Origin: a virus
Lineage: Duplodnaviria; Caudoviricetes
DNA length: 64,000 nucleotides
Direction: 5' to 3' (one strand)
Virus record (IMG/VR): IMGVR_UViG_3300027887_000012
Location: 397-64,396 of that record
The notes under the pieces are model-generated. The model saw nothing but the letters and a program-made list of their open reading frames with translations. It ran no database searches and was not told where the DNA came from. The translations under genes were made by a program, and so were the position numbers. Below, piece by piece: positions 9,806 to 19,371 of this stretch (positions within the stretch are counted from its first letter, which is position 1; every line of letters starts with the position of its first letter).

Positions 9806-10193
9806 ATCCTTTCAATCCTCACCAGAAAGAAAGGAAGGTGGTTGGGTTGCATATAATACCAAAGGAGAAGAAGTGCCTGCGGGACCATGGAGCGAGAATT
9901 TAAAAGGGTGGTGTAGGTATATATCACCAAAGATTGGTGAAGGTTGTCCTTACAAGAACGATGAAAAGGTAGAATGCCCGATCAAGTGATTGTGTGTACA
10001 ATCTGCGGAGATTTCGCGATCGCATCATGGAATCAGTTTGGCATGAAGATAGGAACATGTCACAGGCACGCAGAACTTCTTACCAGTAAAGATGACCTGC
10101 GATCTATCACTCGTTTTTTTAACGGAACATCACCATGGAACTGGGAAGGCAAATGGTATCTTCCTAAATTCTATCAGTGATTTTTCAGACAAT

Positions 10194-10233
10194 AAAGTAT
10201 ATATCCTTACACGTTGATTATGAATTGTAATAC
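10194..10233 (+). promoter_or_regulatory. early-type promoter (A-rich BRE, TATA, TTGTAATAC)
   Basis: aaagTATATA at 10198, TTGTAATAC at 10225-10233 (spacing 27). Confidence 0.75.
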
Positions 10234-10243
10234 AGTGAAGTGA

Positions 10244-10435
10244 ATGACAATGAACGTCAAAGATTTGGAGTATGAGGTTGACAGGAAAGGTGAATTAAAA
10301 ATGGTAACAAAAGAAGAACACAAAAAAATAGTGGAAAGAGATCAGAAAGAATATTCAGATCATCTAAAAAAACTCGGAATAACAACAGATTATTACTTTG
10401 ATCATAATGGTAATTTTATTAAAGTTTATTATTAA
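10244..10435 (+). CDS. small hypothetical protein (alternative start 10301)
   Basis: ORF behind promoter; internal aggaaaggtgaattaaaaATG identical to 10731-10751. Confidence 0.6.
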   Translation: MTMNVKDLEYEVDRKGELKMVTKEEHKKIVERDQKEYSDHLKKLGITTDYYFDHNGNFIKVYY

Positions 10436-10528
10436 CCCCTTTTTCTATTATCGGATAGATGCCGGTTCATAACCGGAAAAGGGAATCCCTTGAAAGGAAA
10501 GGGAAATAAGGAAAGGTGAAAAAAAATG
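10431..10528 (+). repeat. ~98-bp structured intergenic repeat, copy 1
   Basis: Near-identical to 10653-10751; folds ccctttt/aaaaggg, tctat/ataga, ccggtt/aaccgg; ends in RBS+ATG. Confidence 0.9.
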
Positions 10529-10657
10529 GTAAAAATAACAGAATTTAATACCGGCGATCGATTCAAGGATTATAATTTAGCTGATAAGTACATTAATGAA
10601 TATGGCGGAGAAATTATCGGTTTCCCCGATTGTGTTATTGTAGTAATTGAAGATTAA
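10526..10657 (+). CDS. 43-aa hypothetical protein between the repeats
   Basis: MVKITEFNTGDRFKDYNLADKYINEYGGEIIGFPDCVIVVIED; strong AGGTGA RBS. Confidence 0.6.
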   Translation: MVKITEFNTGDRFKDYNLADKYINEYGGEIIGFPDCVIVVIED

Positions 10658-10751
10658 TCCCTTTTTCTATTATCGGATAGAACTGAGCTCATAACTCAAA
10701 AAGGGAATCCCTTGAAAGGAAAGGGAAATAAGGAAAGGTGAATTAAAAATG
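10653..10751 (+). repeat. ~98-bp structured intergenic repeat, copy 2
   Basis: As copy 1, but third stem is tgag/ctca (compensatory changes). Confidence 0.9.
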
Positions 10752-10925
10752 AACTGCAAGATTCTTGAAGAAATGGAAAAGGATATTGATCACTTTCACA
10801 TAAACAAAATTTTGGCCGGTAAAGGTTTAGAAGATGATCCCGAATGGGTGCAGAAATTTGAACAAATCATCGATAAATATGAACATGTCGATGACCTTGC
10901 AAAAGAGGATTTCGATGACTATTAA
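10749..10925 (+). CDS. 58-aa acidic hypothetical protein
   Basis: MNCKILEEMEKDIDHFHINKILAGKGLEDDPEW...DDY; RBS supplied by repeat copy 2. Confidence 0.6.
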   Translation: MNCKILEEMEKDIDHFHINKILAGKGLEDDPEWVQKFEQIIDKYEHVDDLAKEDFDDY

Positions 10926-11033
10926 GAGAATCCCACGCATTGACGCTCCCGCGTTAAAACAGGAGATATGCCCGCAGTGTAAACAGAAATCTCTTGTCGA
11001 TGTTTACGAGGTGTTTGGGTTACCCTCAAATGT

Positions 11034-11312
11034 ATGGAAGATGTGCGGAAGATGTGGATATCAAGAGGAAGTATGAACAAATATTTTACTTGGCAAGAGG
11101 CATCTGCAAAGATGGGAAGACGTATCAGGACAAAGGTTTACTTTGCCGATGTGCCTGCTGGAACTGAAGGTGTTGTCTGCAATTGGTATCCAATGGGCGA
11201 TCGCAGAAAACAAGAGGCAGGAGTTGAAATCAACTGGCGCAGGTGGATTGGTGACTCCTTAAAGGATGGATTCTCAAAGGATGAATATCAGGACTATCTT
11301 GAAGAAATCTGA
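11034..11312 (+). CDS. hypothetical protein
   Basis: ORF track; SH3-like VPAGTEGVV segment. Confidence 0.45.
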   Translation: MEDVRKMWISRGSMNKYFTWQEASAKMGRRIRTKVYFADVPAGTEGVVCNWYPMGDRRKQEAGVEINWRRWIGDSLKDGFSKDEYQDYLEEI

Positions 11313-11317
11313 AGAAT

Positions 11318-11359
11318 AAACTATATATACTTTTGAGTTCTACATATTACTTGTAATAC
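11318..11359 (+). promoter_or_regulatory. early-type promoter
   Basis: aaacTATATA at 11322, TTGTAATAC at 11351-11359 (spacing 29), then CAGGAGTGA RBS. Confidence 0.8.
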
Positions 11360-11381
11360 GAAAACAGGAGTGAGAAACAAC

Positions 11382-12041
11382 ATGCCAATCGTTTGGAACT
11401 ACAACGGGAAACGCGATGAGAAATACATCGGTGCGGTTCTCGCAACCCGTGAGCGGAATTACTATGATGATAGTGATTTCTATGCGGTCGTCTGGGATGA
11501 GGAAGACCAGTGCGTCAAACAAGTTGAGTATGCGACCACGCGATTTGGAGGCGGTGGAGTTGCGTGTGTTGATGCAACTCCTGAAGTCATTGAGAAGGCA
11601 AAAAAGTTCTATGCCCCAATCCTTGCGAAAGGACTGATACGGGACAGTCAGAACGATTACGAAAAACGTGTCAAAGAGTTCAAAGAGTTTCATACCGGCA
11701 CTGTCGTTCGTGTTAAACGCACTATCAAGAGTCGCAAACAAGGTCTAATCCCAGAGGGATATACGGGAGTTCTTGTCTGGCAGGGTGCAGGATACGCATA
11801 TCACGACCCACCACGATATGGGGTTAAGAATGTCGAAACCGGGCAATGTGTGTTCGTGAGCGGGCGCGACCTTGAATATGCGGGTCCCGAGCCCACACCA
11901 GAGGACATACCATTACCACTGACTGATGCAGATTACGATCGCATCTTTGAGAAGGTCACCGAGGCATACAAGAATGTCAGTACCTACTACCTCGGACGCA
12001 CGTATGCCGCCTTGAACCCGCGCGGCAATGTGGTGATGTAA
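11382..12041 (+). CDS. hypothetical early protein
   Basis: ATG after GGAGTGA; YYDDSDFYAVVWD motif; C-terminal SH3-like segment. Confidence 0.7.
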   Translation: MPIVWNYNGKRDEKYIGAVLATRERNYYDDSDFYAVVWDEEDQCVKQVEYATTRFGGGGVACVDATPEVIEKAKKFYAPILAKGLIRDSQNDYEKRVKEFKEFHTGTVVRVKRTIKSRKQGLIPEGYTGVLVWQGAGYAYHDPPRYGVKNVETGQCVFVSGRDLEYAGPEPTPEDIPLPLTDADYDRIFEKVTEAYKNVSTYYLGRTYAALNPRGNVVM

Positions 12042-12217
12042 ATGGACTGTCCTAACTGTGGCGCAATCGAACATTCGGTGTGCAACAACAAATCTCAAAG
12101 ATTTTTGGGAAAAAGACAGTCACTTATCAGTATGACATATACCTGTCTAAAATGTGGGATGAGATTTAAGGATTGTTCAAAAGAACCGCATCAGTTCTTT
12201 ATACGGAGGAGTAACAA

Positions 12218-12547
12218 ATGACAGAAACCCCAAACATTCACGCATTGAGAATCGCAGCTAAACAGAAAGAAAAAGAACTTTTTGACCTGCGCAGACAGAT
12301 TGAGGACAACAAACGCACAATTCATGGAAAGATTATCATTGACCCCCCCAACCAGTATAACTGCAAGACCTGTCATAACGAGTCCTGCATCTTTCATCCA
12401 AGATTCTTCAGACAAAAAGAGTTTGTCGCACCGATTCGTGCGTTCACTGTCTTATACGGGTGTTTGAGCTGGTTGCCAGAAAAAAGTATAAATACTCATG
12501 AGTCAATGACTAATTGTAATACAGGAGTGAAAAAAGATGAATTATAA
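12218..12547 (+). CDS. hypothetical Cys-containing protein
   Basis: GGAG RBS; CKTC..C...GC pattern shared with 28.8-30 kb family. Confidence 0.55.
   Translation: MTETPNIHALRIAAKQKEKELFDLRRQIEDNKRTIHGKIIIDPPNQYNCKTCHNESCIFHPRFFRQKEFVAPIRAFTVLYGCLSWLPEKSINTHESMTNCNTGVKKDEL
12481..12522 (+). promoter_or_regulatory. early-type promoter
   Basis: aaaagTATAAA at 12487, TTGTAATAC at 12514-12522 (spacing 27). Confidence 0.75.
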
Positions 12548-12791
12548 AGTCAGTAAATTCCAAGGCGGATTCAAAGGCGCGGTCTATACCTGCGTGGTCT
12601 GCGGTAAAAAGACGCGGGAGACTGGCGATGGCGAATCTTCCTGCAACCTTTGTAAAAAATGTTATTACGAAGGTGGGCTGGAGAACGAACACAGCGATAA
12701 TGATGGGGAACATGTCATAGGACTTAACCCAGACGGTTCGTTCGTGTTAGGAAAACACCCAGACTGCCCAATCTGCAAGGCAGGACTATGA
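12537..12791 (+). CDS. zinc-finger hypothetical protein
   Basis: CVVC...CKKC...CPIC; GGAGTGA RBS. Confidence 0.6.
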   Translation: MNYKVSKFQGGFKGAVYTCVVCGKKTRETGDGESSCNLCKKCYYEGGLENEHSDNDGEHVIGLNPDGSFVLGKHPDCPICKAGL

Positions 12792-12903
12792 GCGCGTGTG
12801 ATAACTGTCCTCCCGGGGACTATTGTAAAAACTGTGAATGTCGAAAGTGCAAACACAAAAAGGATTGCGCAGGACTACACGAATGCATCTATGAGGTGAA
12901 GAA

Positions 12904-13254
12904 ATGAACGCACGCGAATCTGCCGCACTTGATAACTACATCACCGGGCACTGGGGAGAAGACCAGTTCTCTGGTGAGGCAGATTATGAGGAGTTCGTTG
13001 ATGAGGTCTGCGGCAAGTGTCCGGACTACATTCAAAAACACTGCCCATCGAATACAGGAGAAAATGTGGTCTGCCTATATATCCTTGACGCACTTGATAA
13101 GTCTGATACCAGACTACAAGAAAACAACTACCCAGAAATCTGCATGTGTTGTGATGAAGATCACAAGACCTGCACCAAAGACCCATCTGAATGTGAGTCT
13201 GACCAGTGGGAAGAATATGCACGCGAACAGTTTGAGGGTGTGAGGGAACGATGA
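12904..13254 (+). CDS. hypothetical Cys-rich protein
   Basis: GAGGTGA RBS; ALDNYITG motif. Confidence 0.6.
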   Translation: MNARESAALDNYITGHWGEDQFSGEADYEEFVDEVCGKCPDYIQKHCPSNTGENVVCLYILDALDKSDTRLQENNYPEICMCCDEDHKTCTKDPSECESDQWEEYAREQFEGVRER

Positions 13255-13404
13255 TACAGAACCACAAACCAAAATGTAAGACCTGTGAGTATAACACTCA
13301 CTGCGGAACACCAGATGTGTGTGATGCGGGCGAAATACCTCTTGAATATGAGGATGTAAAAGACGAACCGGCGCACATCTATTGCCCAGAGGATGAGATA
13401 CCTT

Positions 13405-13848
13405 ATGACTGAAATGAACGGAAAAATCACTGCAATCGACTACACCAAAAAGACGGTGACGTTGAAGGATGAACTGGGTGCAATTCACATCTATCAATGG
13501 GAAACCACCCCACAGGATGAGTACTTCAAGAAACAACTTGTCGGATACTATCAGACCATCAAGTATGATCCTGATACTTACAAGATTCAGGGTGCGCATT
13601 ACTGGAAAGAAGGTAAAGACGTAATGGCGAAACTAAATGAAAATAAGCCAACCTTCATGCCACGCAAACCAAGGGTTACCGTTGGGTTCACGATCGCGAT
13701 CGCACAATACGAGAACATCAAGGTGGAAGTTGAAGGAAAGGACATTGCCGAGGTTAAGACCCTACTTGGAGAAGCTCTTGACTCACTTGCACCGAACCAT
13801 GAACCGACAAAAGACCTGATACAGAGATTCAAAGGAAGATTATTATGA
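13405..13848 (+). CDS. hypothetical protein (possible OB-fold)
   Basis: GKITAID...VTLKDELG beta-rich N-terminus. Confidence 0.5.
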   Translation: MTEMNGKITAIDYTKKTVTLKDELGAIHIYQWETTPQDEYFKKQLVGYYQTIKYDPDTYKIQGAHYWKEGKDVMAKLNENKPTFMPRKPRVTVGFTIAIAQYENIKVEVEGKDIAEVKTLLGEALDSLAPNHEPTKDLIQRFKGRLL

Positions 13849-14026
13849 AATACTACTGTGGATTAAAAACTGAAATCTGTGGGAAGAAGGGGCCCAACCC
13901 CTGTCAGTTCTCTGATGAGAATTGCCCCAGAGAAATGGTTGATAGAAGATACGTTCTATCGGTAAGGAATCTTGATTGCAAATCGACTGGCAAGAAAATC
14001 TTTGAAAGTCTATACGAGGCAAAAGA

Positions 14027-14275
14027 ATGAAACTTGGAATGATTGAAGTATCTGGCATCAAGCGCGTTGTTGAAGACCACAAAGTTGTTTGGGAACGATA
14101 TCCCAACAGGTGGGTCAAATACGTGAAAGGTATCGCGCGCACTGGTATGAGTGAAATTGAAATGACCGAATACCTTGATGATAAAGTCTGCGCGCATCTG
14201 CGTAATGGGACATTACGAAAAGGGTATCGTGTGTGGGTTCACAATGAAACCATTAATGTGGAGAAGGTACGATGA
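14027..14275 (+). CDS. hypothetical protein
   Basis: Stop/start-coupled ORF. Confidence 0.5.
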   Translation: MKLGMIEVSGIKRVVEDHKVVWERYPNRWVKYVKGIARTGMSEIEMTEYLDDKVCAHLRNGTLRKGYRVWVHNETINVEKVR

Positions 14276-14389
14276 AGTGCAAAAACTGTATCTATCAAGA
14301 GGTGTGTTTTCCTTTATTGAAGTTCATGCACGAAACGTTCAACTCCACATGCCTGCAAGGTAGAAAAATACCGGTAAAAAAAGAGGTAG

Positions 14390-14617
14390 TTGATGCCGAA
14401 ACCCCCCCAGTCGAAAACATCTGATAATATCAGAAACATCGTAAAAACCCTTTTTAAGAAACGAAAGAAGGGTGATAGTATCACGTTGGAGGCGATGATT
14501 ACAAAAGTTCGTGGGGTTAAAAAGACCTATCATATCTCAGCGAATCGTATGGCGAATATCATTAAGTGTATTGACGGTATAGAGCCCGATAGAAAGGGCG
14601 GATGGAGGAAAATATAA
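14390..14617 (+). CDS. basic putative winged-helix protein
   Basis: ITLEAMITKV...SANRMANIIK...GGWRK. Confidence 0.45.
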   Translation: MMPKPPQSKTSDNIRNIVKTLFKKRKKGDSITLEAMITKVRGVKKTYHISANRMANIIKCIDGIEPDRKGGWRKI

Positions 14618-15037
14618 ATGCCTAAAGGCGTCTATGAACGAACCCCTGCACACAGGAGAAAACTATCAGAACTCGCACTTAAAAGTGGGTTCGCACAAAA
14701 GAACACAGAAAAAGACAAGATTGACAAAATGGTCACAACCAAGTTCATGAAAGTCCTGCAAGACAAAAAACCACAAACACCACAGAATCGTACCAAAACC
14801 CCGTATGAATACAAAAAGAGTCGGCGCGCGGCAATCTTTGAAAAACTCAAAGAGGTAATCGGTGCAATGAAACCGGGAGATACCTTTGATACCCTATCGA
14901 TGTGCAAAAGATTGGGCAAAGTGCGCGGGCATGAAGTCGATCGCACAAAACTCCGTGTATTCCTGCGCGAATTCCCGGTCAAATATCATCACAAATCAAA
15001 CGATTCATACTATGAGGTCATAGAGGATGCGCAGTAA
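14618..15037 (+). CDS. basic putative DNA-binding protein
   Basis: MPKGVYERTPAHRRKLS (NUMOD3-like) start; wHTH-like C-terminus. Confidence 0.45.
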   Translation: MPKGVYERTPAHRRKLSELALKSGFAQKNTEKDKIDKMVTTKFMKVLQDKKPQTPQNRTKTPYEYKKSRRAAIFEKLKEVIGAMKPGDTFDTLSMCKRLGKVRGHEVDRTKLRVFLREFPVKYHHKSNDSYYEVIEDAQ

Positions 15038-15310
15038 TCCTTTTTACTCATCTATCTGTTGGGTAAGGTTCGGAATGCATGGCAGAACTAAATGTTGGTC
15101 ATGCCCAAAAGAACCTGACTGTAATAATCATTACAACGAAACGACAGGGGAATGGACGTATCCTAAAGAGATAATATCGAAACCATACTGCGCGCCGTAT
15201 AAGATAAATTTCAAAATGCCTGACTGGTTGAAGGAGATTTAACAATGCGCGTCACAACCTTTTTCCTGTGAAAGAACACACTATTATTTCCTCATTTTGG
15301 AGTGATTTTT

Positions 15311-15619
15311 ATGAGATATAAGTGCCACACCTGCCACATGATAATCGAACTTGAATCAAAAATAGAATGCCCAAACTGCGGCGAAACACACTTGCAACCA
15401 ATGTGCGAGCTTGATCATATCTGCAATTGTCCTGAAGAAGTGACCAGTGGAATCCTCTTTTGCTCAAAATGTAAACAACCAATGTGTCCTTGCGGGTCCC
15501 ATGATGTTGTGCAAATATCAAGAGTTACGGGATATTTGAGTGATGTTGGGGGTTGGAACAAGGCAAAACTCGCAGAATTAAAAGACAGATCGCGATACAA
15601 TATCAGCGATTATCAATAA
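15311..15619 (+). CDS. stand-alone NrdD C-terminal (Zn-ribbon + glycyl-radical) protein
   Basis: CPCGSHDVVQISRVTGYLSDVGGWNKAKLAELKDR is the class III RNR C-terminal RVxGYL motif; multiple CxxC. Confidence 0.8.
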   Translation: MRYKCHTCHMIIELESKIECPNCGETHLQPMCELDHICNCPEEVTSGILFCSKCKQPMCPCGSHDVVQISRVTGYLSDVGGWNKAKLAELKDRSRYNISDYQ

Positions 15620-15652
15620 GAATCTTCATGAATCTCCATAAGAAGTCAAGGT

Positions 15653-15874
15653 GTTCAGTCGGAGAAAGGGGCGTGTTGGCGTTGACGGAAACTTAAAAAG
15701 TATATCCTGTCAAAATTCCCTTAAAAAATTCCTGAATAAAAAAGATATAAAAAAATGTCCTGTTGTAAGCTTGGAATTAATACTATATAAAACCACAACT
15801 ATCAGTCGTTAGTAATAATTATTTAAAGGTATCAGTGATAGGTTGAGAGTTCCATCAGCAATGAAGGGGGGGGT
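15653..15874. other. candidate replication origin (ORB-like boxes flanking AT-rich segment)
   Basis: GTTCAGTCGGAGAAAGGGG (15653-15671) and GTTCCATCAGCAATGAAGGGGGGGGT (15849-15874) flank an AT-rich stretch in a long ORF-free region. Confidence 0.35.
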
Positions 15875-16256
15875 GTTCATGTCGAATGACCATTATTTCC
15901 CCTGAAGATTTATATGCAATAAGAGTTCACAGTAATACTAATGACGGACAACGGTTGTTCTTTTTGTAAACTTGGTGGTCAGTTCTACCAAGGTGGAGTT
16001 GAGTATAAAGATATCAGGGTTGACGGGCATTTCTGTTCCCCAACGTGTTTTAAAAAATGGGTCAACTGGAAGGTTGCACTCATTGAGTTTCAGTTAAAAA
16101 CTGCGGGGTCAACATGACCAATTATGTGTTCACCTGCCCAACCTGTGGTGAACGAAAAGACATGTCAAACTTCAAAAGTGATATGTTATACTCACAATGG
16201 AAATGCCTGCAATGCAAACAGACCGCATCGATCTATGATAATGTGAGGCGGGAATA

Positions 16257-16652
16257 ATGTTATTCAAAAGATATCATGTATTCCCCATGTGGATGGGAAT
16301 CAAACAATACACGCGCAGGTTCAGCGAATTTCATCCAAAGGTGGGGTCAACCTACAAATGCAGGCACGATTACACCGCATTTTCATTCGGCACTATCAAA
16401 ATCCTTGATGTATATCGTCAACCACTGGGCATGATGACAGAGAAAGATGCGTATCAGGAAGGCGGATACACTCTTGACCAGTATAAGAAGACACTTGAAA
16501 TGATTACGAAAAAACCTTGGGATCCCGAGGCAGGGGTGTGGGTGATTAAATTTCAGTTCGTTCCATCAGATGTTCTTGATCCCAACGGAGGCACTCATGA
16601 TTTTGATGAGTATCGAAAACTATATTACCAACATCTAAAAGAGGTATCTTGA
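16257..16652 (+). CDS. ASCH domain protein
   Basis: GIKQYTRR...KVGS...IKILDV...L..MTEKDAYQEGG...VWVIKF. Confidence 0.8.
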   Translation: MLFKRYHVFPMWMGIKQYTRRFSEFHPKVGSTYKCRHDYTAFSFGTIKILDVYRQPLGMMTEKDAYQEGGYTLDQYKKTLEMITKKPWDPEAGVWVIKFQFVPSDVLDPNGGTHDFDEYRKLYYQHLKEVS

Positions 16653-17633
16653 ATGACTCGGTGTAAAGAATTCTACAACAAATGGGAAGAATGCGGTGAT
16701 GATTGGTGCGAGAAGGCAGCCAGCTCTGTGTCAGAGATTAACGCATATCTCGGTATCATAGGAGAACTTGAAAAAGATGGTATCCCAAGAGAGTTCGCAT
16801 TTGCGAATTTCAAAGAGGGTGCCGCGCGACCTATCTATCGTTCTCGTAAAGAGGGTGTGCGCACAAAGGCGATTGAGGCGGTCAAAGAACGATTAAAGAA
16901 ACGTGTGACTCTGAATGATGGCAACAAAGATATGCCGTTTGAAACAAAATTGACGCATTCCGAAGTGCAGTCGATAGTAAACGAGATCGAACGCGCGCCA
17001 CATAAAGAGGAGATGAAGAAACGCGGCGAGTTCTATGCCGATGACAAGACTCAACTATTCTGCGCAGATTTCCTAAAGGATTATCAAAAACTTGAACCGG
17101 AAAGTGTGGACTGTATCATCACCGACCCACCATATGTCAAAGAATGGTTGGACAATTACAGTGCGTTCGCACTTGCCGCAGAATATGTCTTAAAACCCGG
17201 GGGATTCCTGATATCATATGTCGGTCACATTCACCTTGACAGAATCCTATCGGACATGACTTCAGACTTGGAGTATTTCTGGATTGCGTGTTTACTGCAT
17301 AAAGGCACTACATCCGCGGTTCATTCACGATCTGTACAATGTGGTATGAAACCCATCTTAATCATGAACAAACCACCAAGGGCGCAACCTAAAAGGTATT
17401 TTGGTGATGTGATTCAAGGAAGCGGCAAAGAGAAATCAAAACACGAATGGCAACAGGGTGAAGAAGAATTGCGACAACTCATTGAACCGTTCACTGATCC
17501 CGGTGATATCATCCTTGACCCATTCATGGGCAGTGGCACAGTCATATCTATGGCAAAGAAGATGAACCGACGCGCGATTGGATTTGATATCCTGCAAGAG
17601 AACGTGGACACGGTCAAAGGCAGGTTGTCATGA
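16653..17633 (+). CDS. DNA N6-adenine/N4-cytosine methyltransferase (beta class) with N-terminal helical domain
   Basis: DCIITDPPY (motif IV) before ILDPFMGSGT (motif I). Confidence 0.9.
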   Translation: MTRCKEFYNKWEECGDDWCEKAASSVSEINAYLGIIGELEKDGIPREFAFANFKEGAARPIYRSRKEGVRTKAIEAVKERLKKRVTLNDGNKDMPFETKLTHSEVQSIVNEIERAPHKEEMKKRGEFYADDKTQLFCADFLKDYQKLEPESVDCIITDPPYVKEWLDNYSAFALAAEYVLKPGGFLISYVGHIHLDRILSDMTSDLEYFWIACLLHKGTTSAVHSRSVQCGMKPILIMNKPPRAQPKRYFGDVIQGSGKEKSKHEWQQGEEELRQLIEPFTDPGDIILDPFMGSGTVISMAKKMNRRAIGFDILQENVDTVKGRLS

Positions 17634-18139
17634 ACTCTGGATACAACTTTGACCCGAAACGCAGAGATAACCCCGAAGTTGTTTGGGCAAGAGAACAAAA
17701 GTGTATTGATATTCTCAATCAATACCTGACAAAAGACAAGATAATCCATCATCCTTTATCAGAGTGGGACAGACCGGTTGATGGTAGGTTCAGAGATTGT
17801 TTCATCGAACTGGAAGAAAAAGAACGCGGGGTTATTAAGAATGATAATTACATGTTCAAAAGAGGACTATCTGCATTAAGTCGCAAGGTCATTGAATCTT
17901 CAGACCCAGATCATGTCATCTATATCATCTATGGATATGACAATGATAATCTCCTGTATGGATACGCGCACACGTATGGCAAATTCAAAAAAGATGGTGT
18001 GCGTGAGAACTATGGTGACCGCAAGGACGATTATGTGTATCTGAAGAAAGAGAAGTCCGGGCCCCTCCTGACCTCGCAGAAACTTGCCGAACGCGTGAAA
18101 TTCCTTGGCAGTGGCACACAGTTAACATTACCATTATGA
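17630..18139 (+). CDS. hypothetical protein, possible PD-(D/E)XK nuclease
   Basis: PVDGRF...FIELEEK pattern. Confidence 0.35.
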   Translation: MNSGYNFDPKRRDNPEVVWAREQKCIDILNQYLTKDKIIHHPLSEWDRPVDGRFRDCFIELEEKERGVIKNDNYMFKRGLSALSRKVIESSDPDHVIYIIYGYDNDNLLYGYAHTYGKFKKDGVRENYGDRKDDYVYLKKEKSGPLLTSQKLAERVKFLGSGTQLTLPL

Positions 18140-18729
18140 CCGATACGAACCCAAATCACGTTACCTGCCCGCAGAAACGCAGAACTGGTGGGAGAAGAAA
18201 GAACCTGTCGAAATGGCGATCGCACAAACTCTGGAAGGATTTGGTTGAGGCACACGCGCACGCGCCCGATGCAGAGTGTGTTTACTGCCTCAAACATCAC
18301 AACGAACTGCGCAAAAACAAATTCGTTTACCTCACTATCAATCATAAAAGCCGAAGACTCTATGAAAGTGAGGAACTTCACTCAACATGGAATCCAGAGC
18401 TTATGGAAATCTGTTGCACCGTATGTAACAGGCAGATTGAGAAGGGCAGAATCCCATGTCCTGTGTGTCATAATGTGTATATTTCGGTGTTCGATGCGGA
18501 CAGGATGTGCAGGAAATGTTTTTATGATGCGAACCCAAAACTTAAAGAGATACACGATCATAGGATGGAACTGATTAAAATCTCACAAAAGAACGCGAAG
18601 GATGCCGCAAAGAAAAAAGAGAAAGAACGACTCAAACCATTAATTGAGGCGAAAAAGGCAAAAGACAAGGCATTTCGCGCGACACTCAAAAAGGGAGCCA
18701 AAAGTAAAGGAATTGGTAAAGTCAAATGA
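18136..18729 (+). CDS. HNH/zinc-finger endonuclease-like protein
   Basis: CVYC...LTINH...CCTVCN...CPVC...CRKC; basic tail. Confidence 0.55.
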   Translation: MTDTNPNHVTCPQKRRTGGRRKNLSKWRSHKLWKDLVEAHAHAPDAECVYCLKHHNELRKNKFVYLTINHKSRRLYESEELHSTWNPELMEICCTVCNRQIEKGRIPCPVCHNVYISVFDADRMCRKCFYDANPKLKEIHDHRMELIKISQKNAKDAAKKKEKERLKPLIEAKKAKDKAFRATLKKGAKSKGIGKVK

Positions 18730-19096
18730 GATTACTGCGCGTGTTTGAAAATGACGAGTGGGTAAAAGTGGTCGAGTTGGCAAAACTCAATCGCGAACAT
18801 CACCCAAACGAGGCGGTAGAAATCCTGCGCAGGAACAACAGAATAGAGGTATGGCATGAGTAATTGGGTATCAATGCCTGTTTACAGGTTGCAACGCATA
18901 TTAAGAATCCTTCAGGCAATTCCTGAAAAGACCGATGAGATCAACGCAGAAATTATTAATCTGTTGACGATCTTGGACGAGGAATAATCATGACAGGACA
19001 AGAGTTTTTCTTTGCGTATTGCACCGCGATATTCATATTCCTGATAGGCAGTTTCTTTTATTTCTGTTGGGCGCAAATGAAACAAGGTGAGTATGA

Positions 19097-19369
19097 GTGA
19101 TCGATGCAATTGCGGCGATATTCGGTGCGTTAGGGTCAACACTGAATATGACCTTATCCCCTAAAAATCAGATATATGGGTTGGTCTGTTGGTTGATTGC
19201 AGATATCATTATCATTGCCTTCCTGTGGGGTATTAGCTGGTGGTTAGTAGGATTGAACTGTTATTACATCTTCACATGTTGTTATGGGATATATCATAGA
19301 AACAATTTAATAATCAATAACAACAATACTACTTCACAAACTCTTTTAAAGAATTTAAAGAAGTGGTAA
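19097..19369 (+). CDS. small multi-pass membrane protein
   Basis: Three hydrophobic segments; upstream of peptidase. Confidence 0.55.
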   Translation: MIDAIAAIFGALGSTLNMTLSPKNQIYGLVCWLIADIIIIAFLWGISWWLVGLNCYYIFTCCYGIYHRNNLIINNNNTTSQTLLKNLKKW

Positions 19370-19371
19370 AT

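Noticed and set aside
10431-10751. CRISPR array
   Set aside because: Only two repeats of ~98 bp, separated by an RBS-led ORF; wrong size and number, and no cas genes.
13251-13414. Programmed frameshift in a small Cys-rich ORF
   Set aside because: Frames appear to switch near 13290, but there is no slippery site or recognisable product; it could be a sequencing or decay indel.
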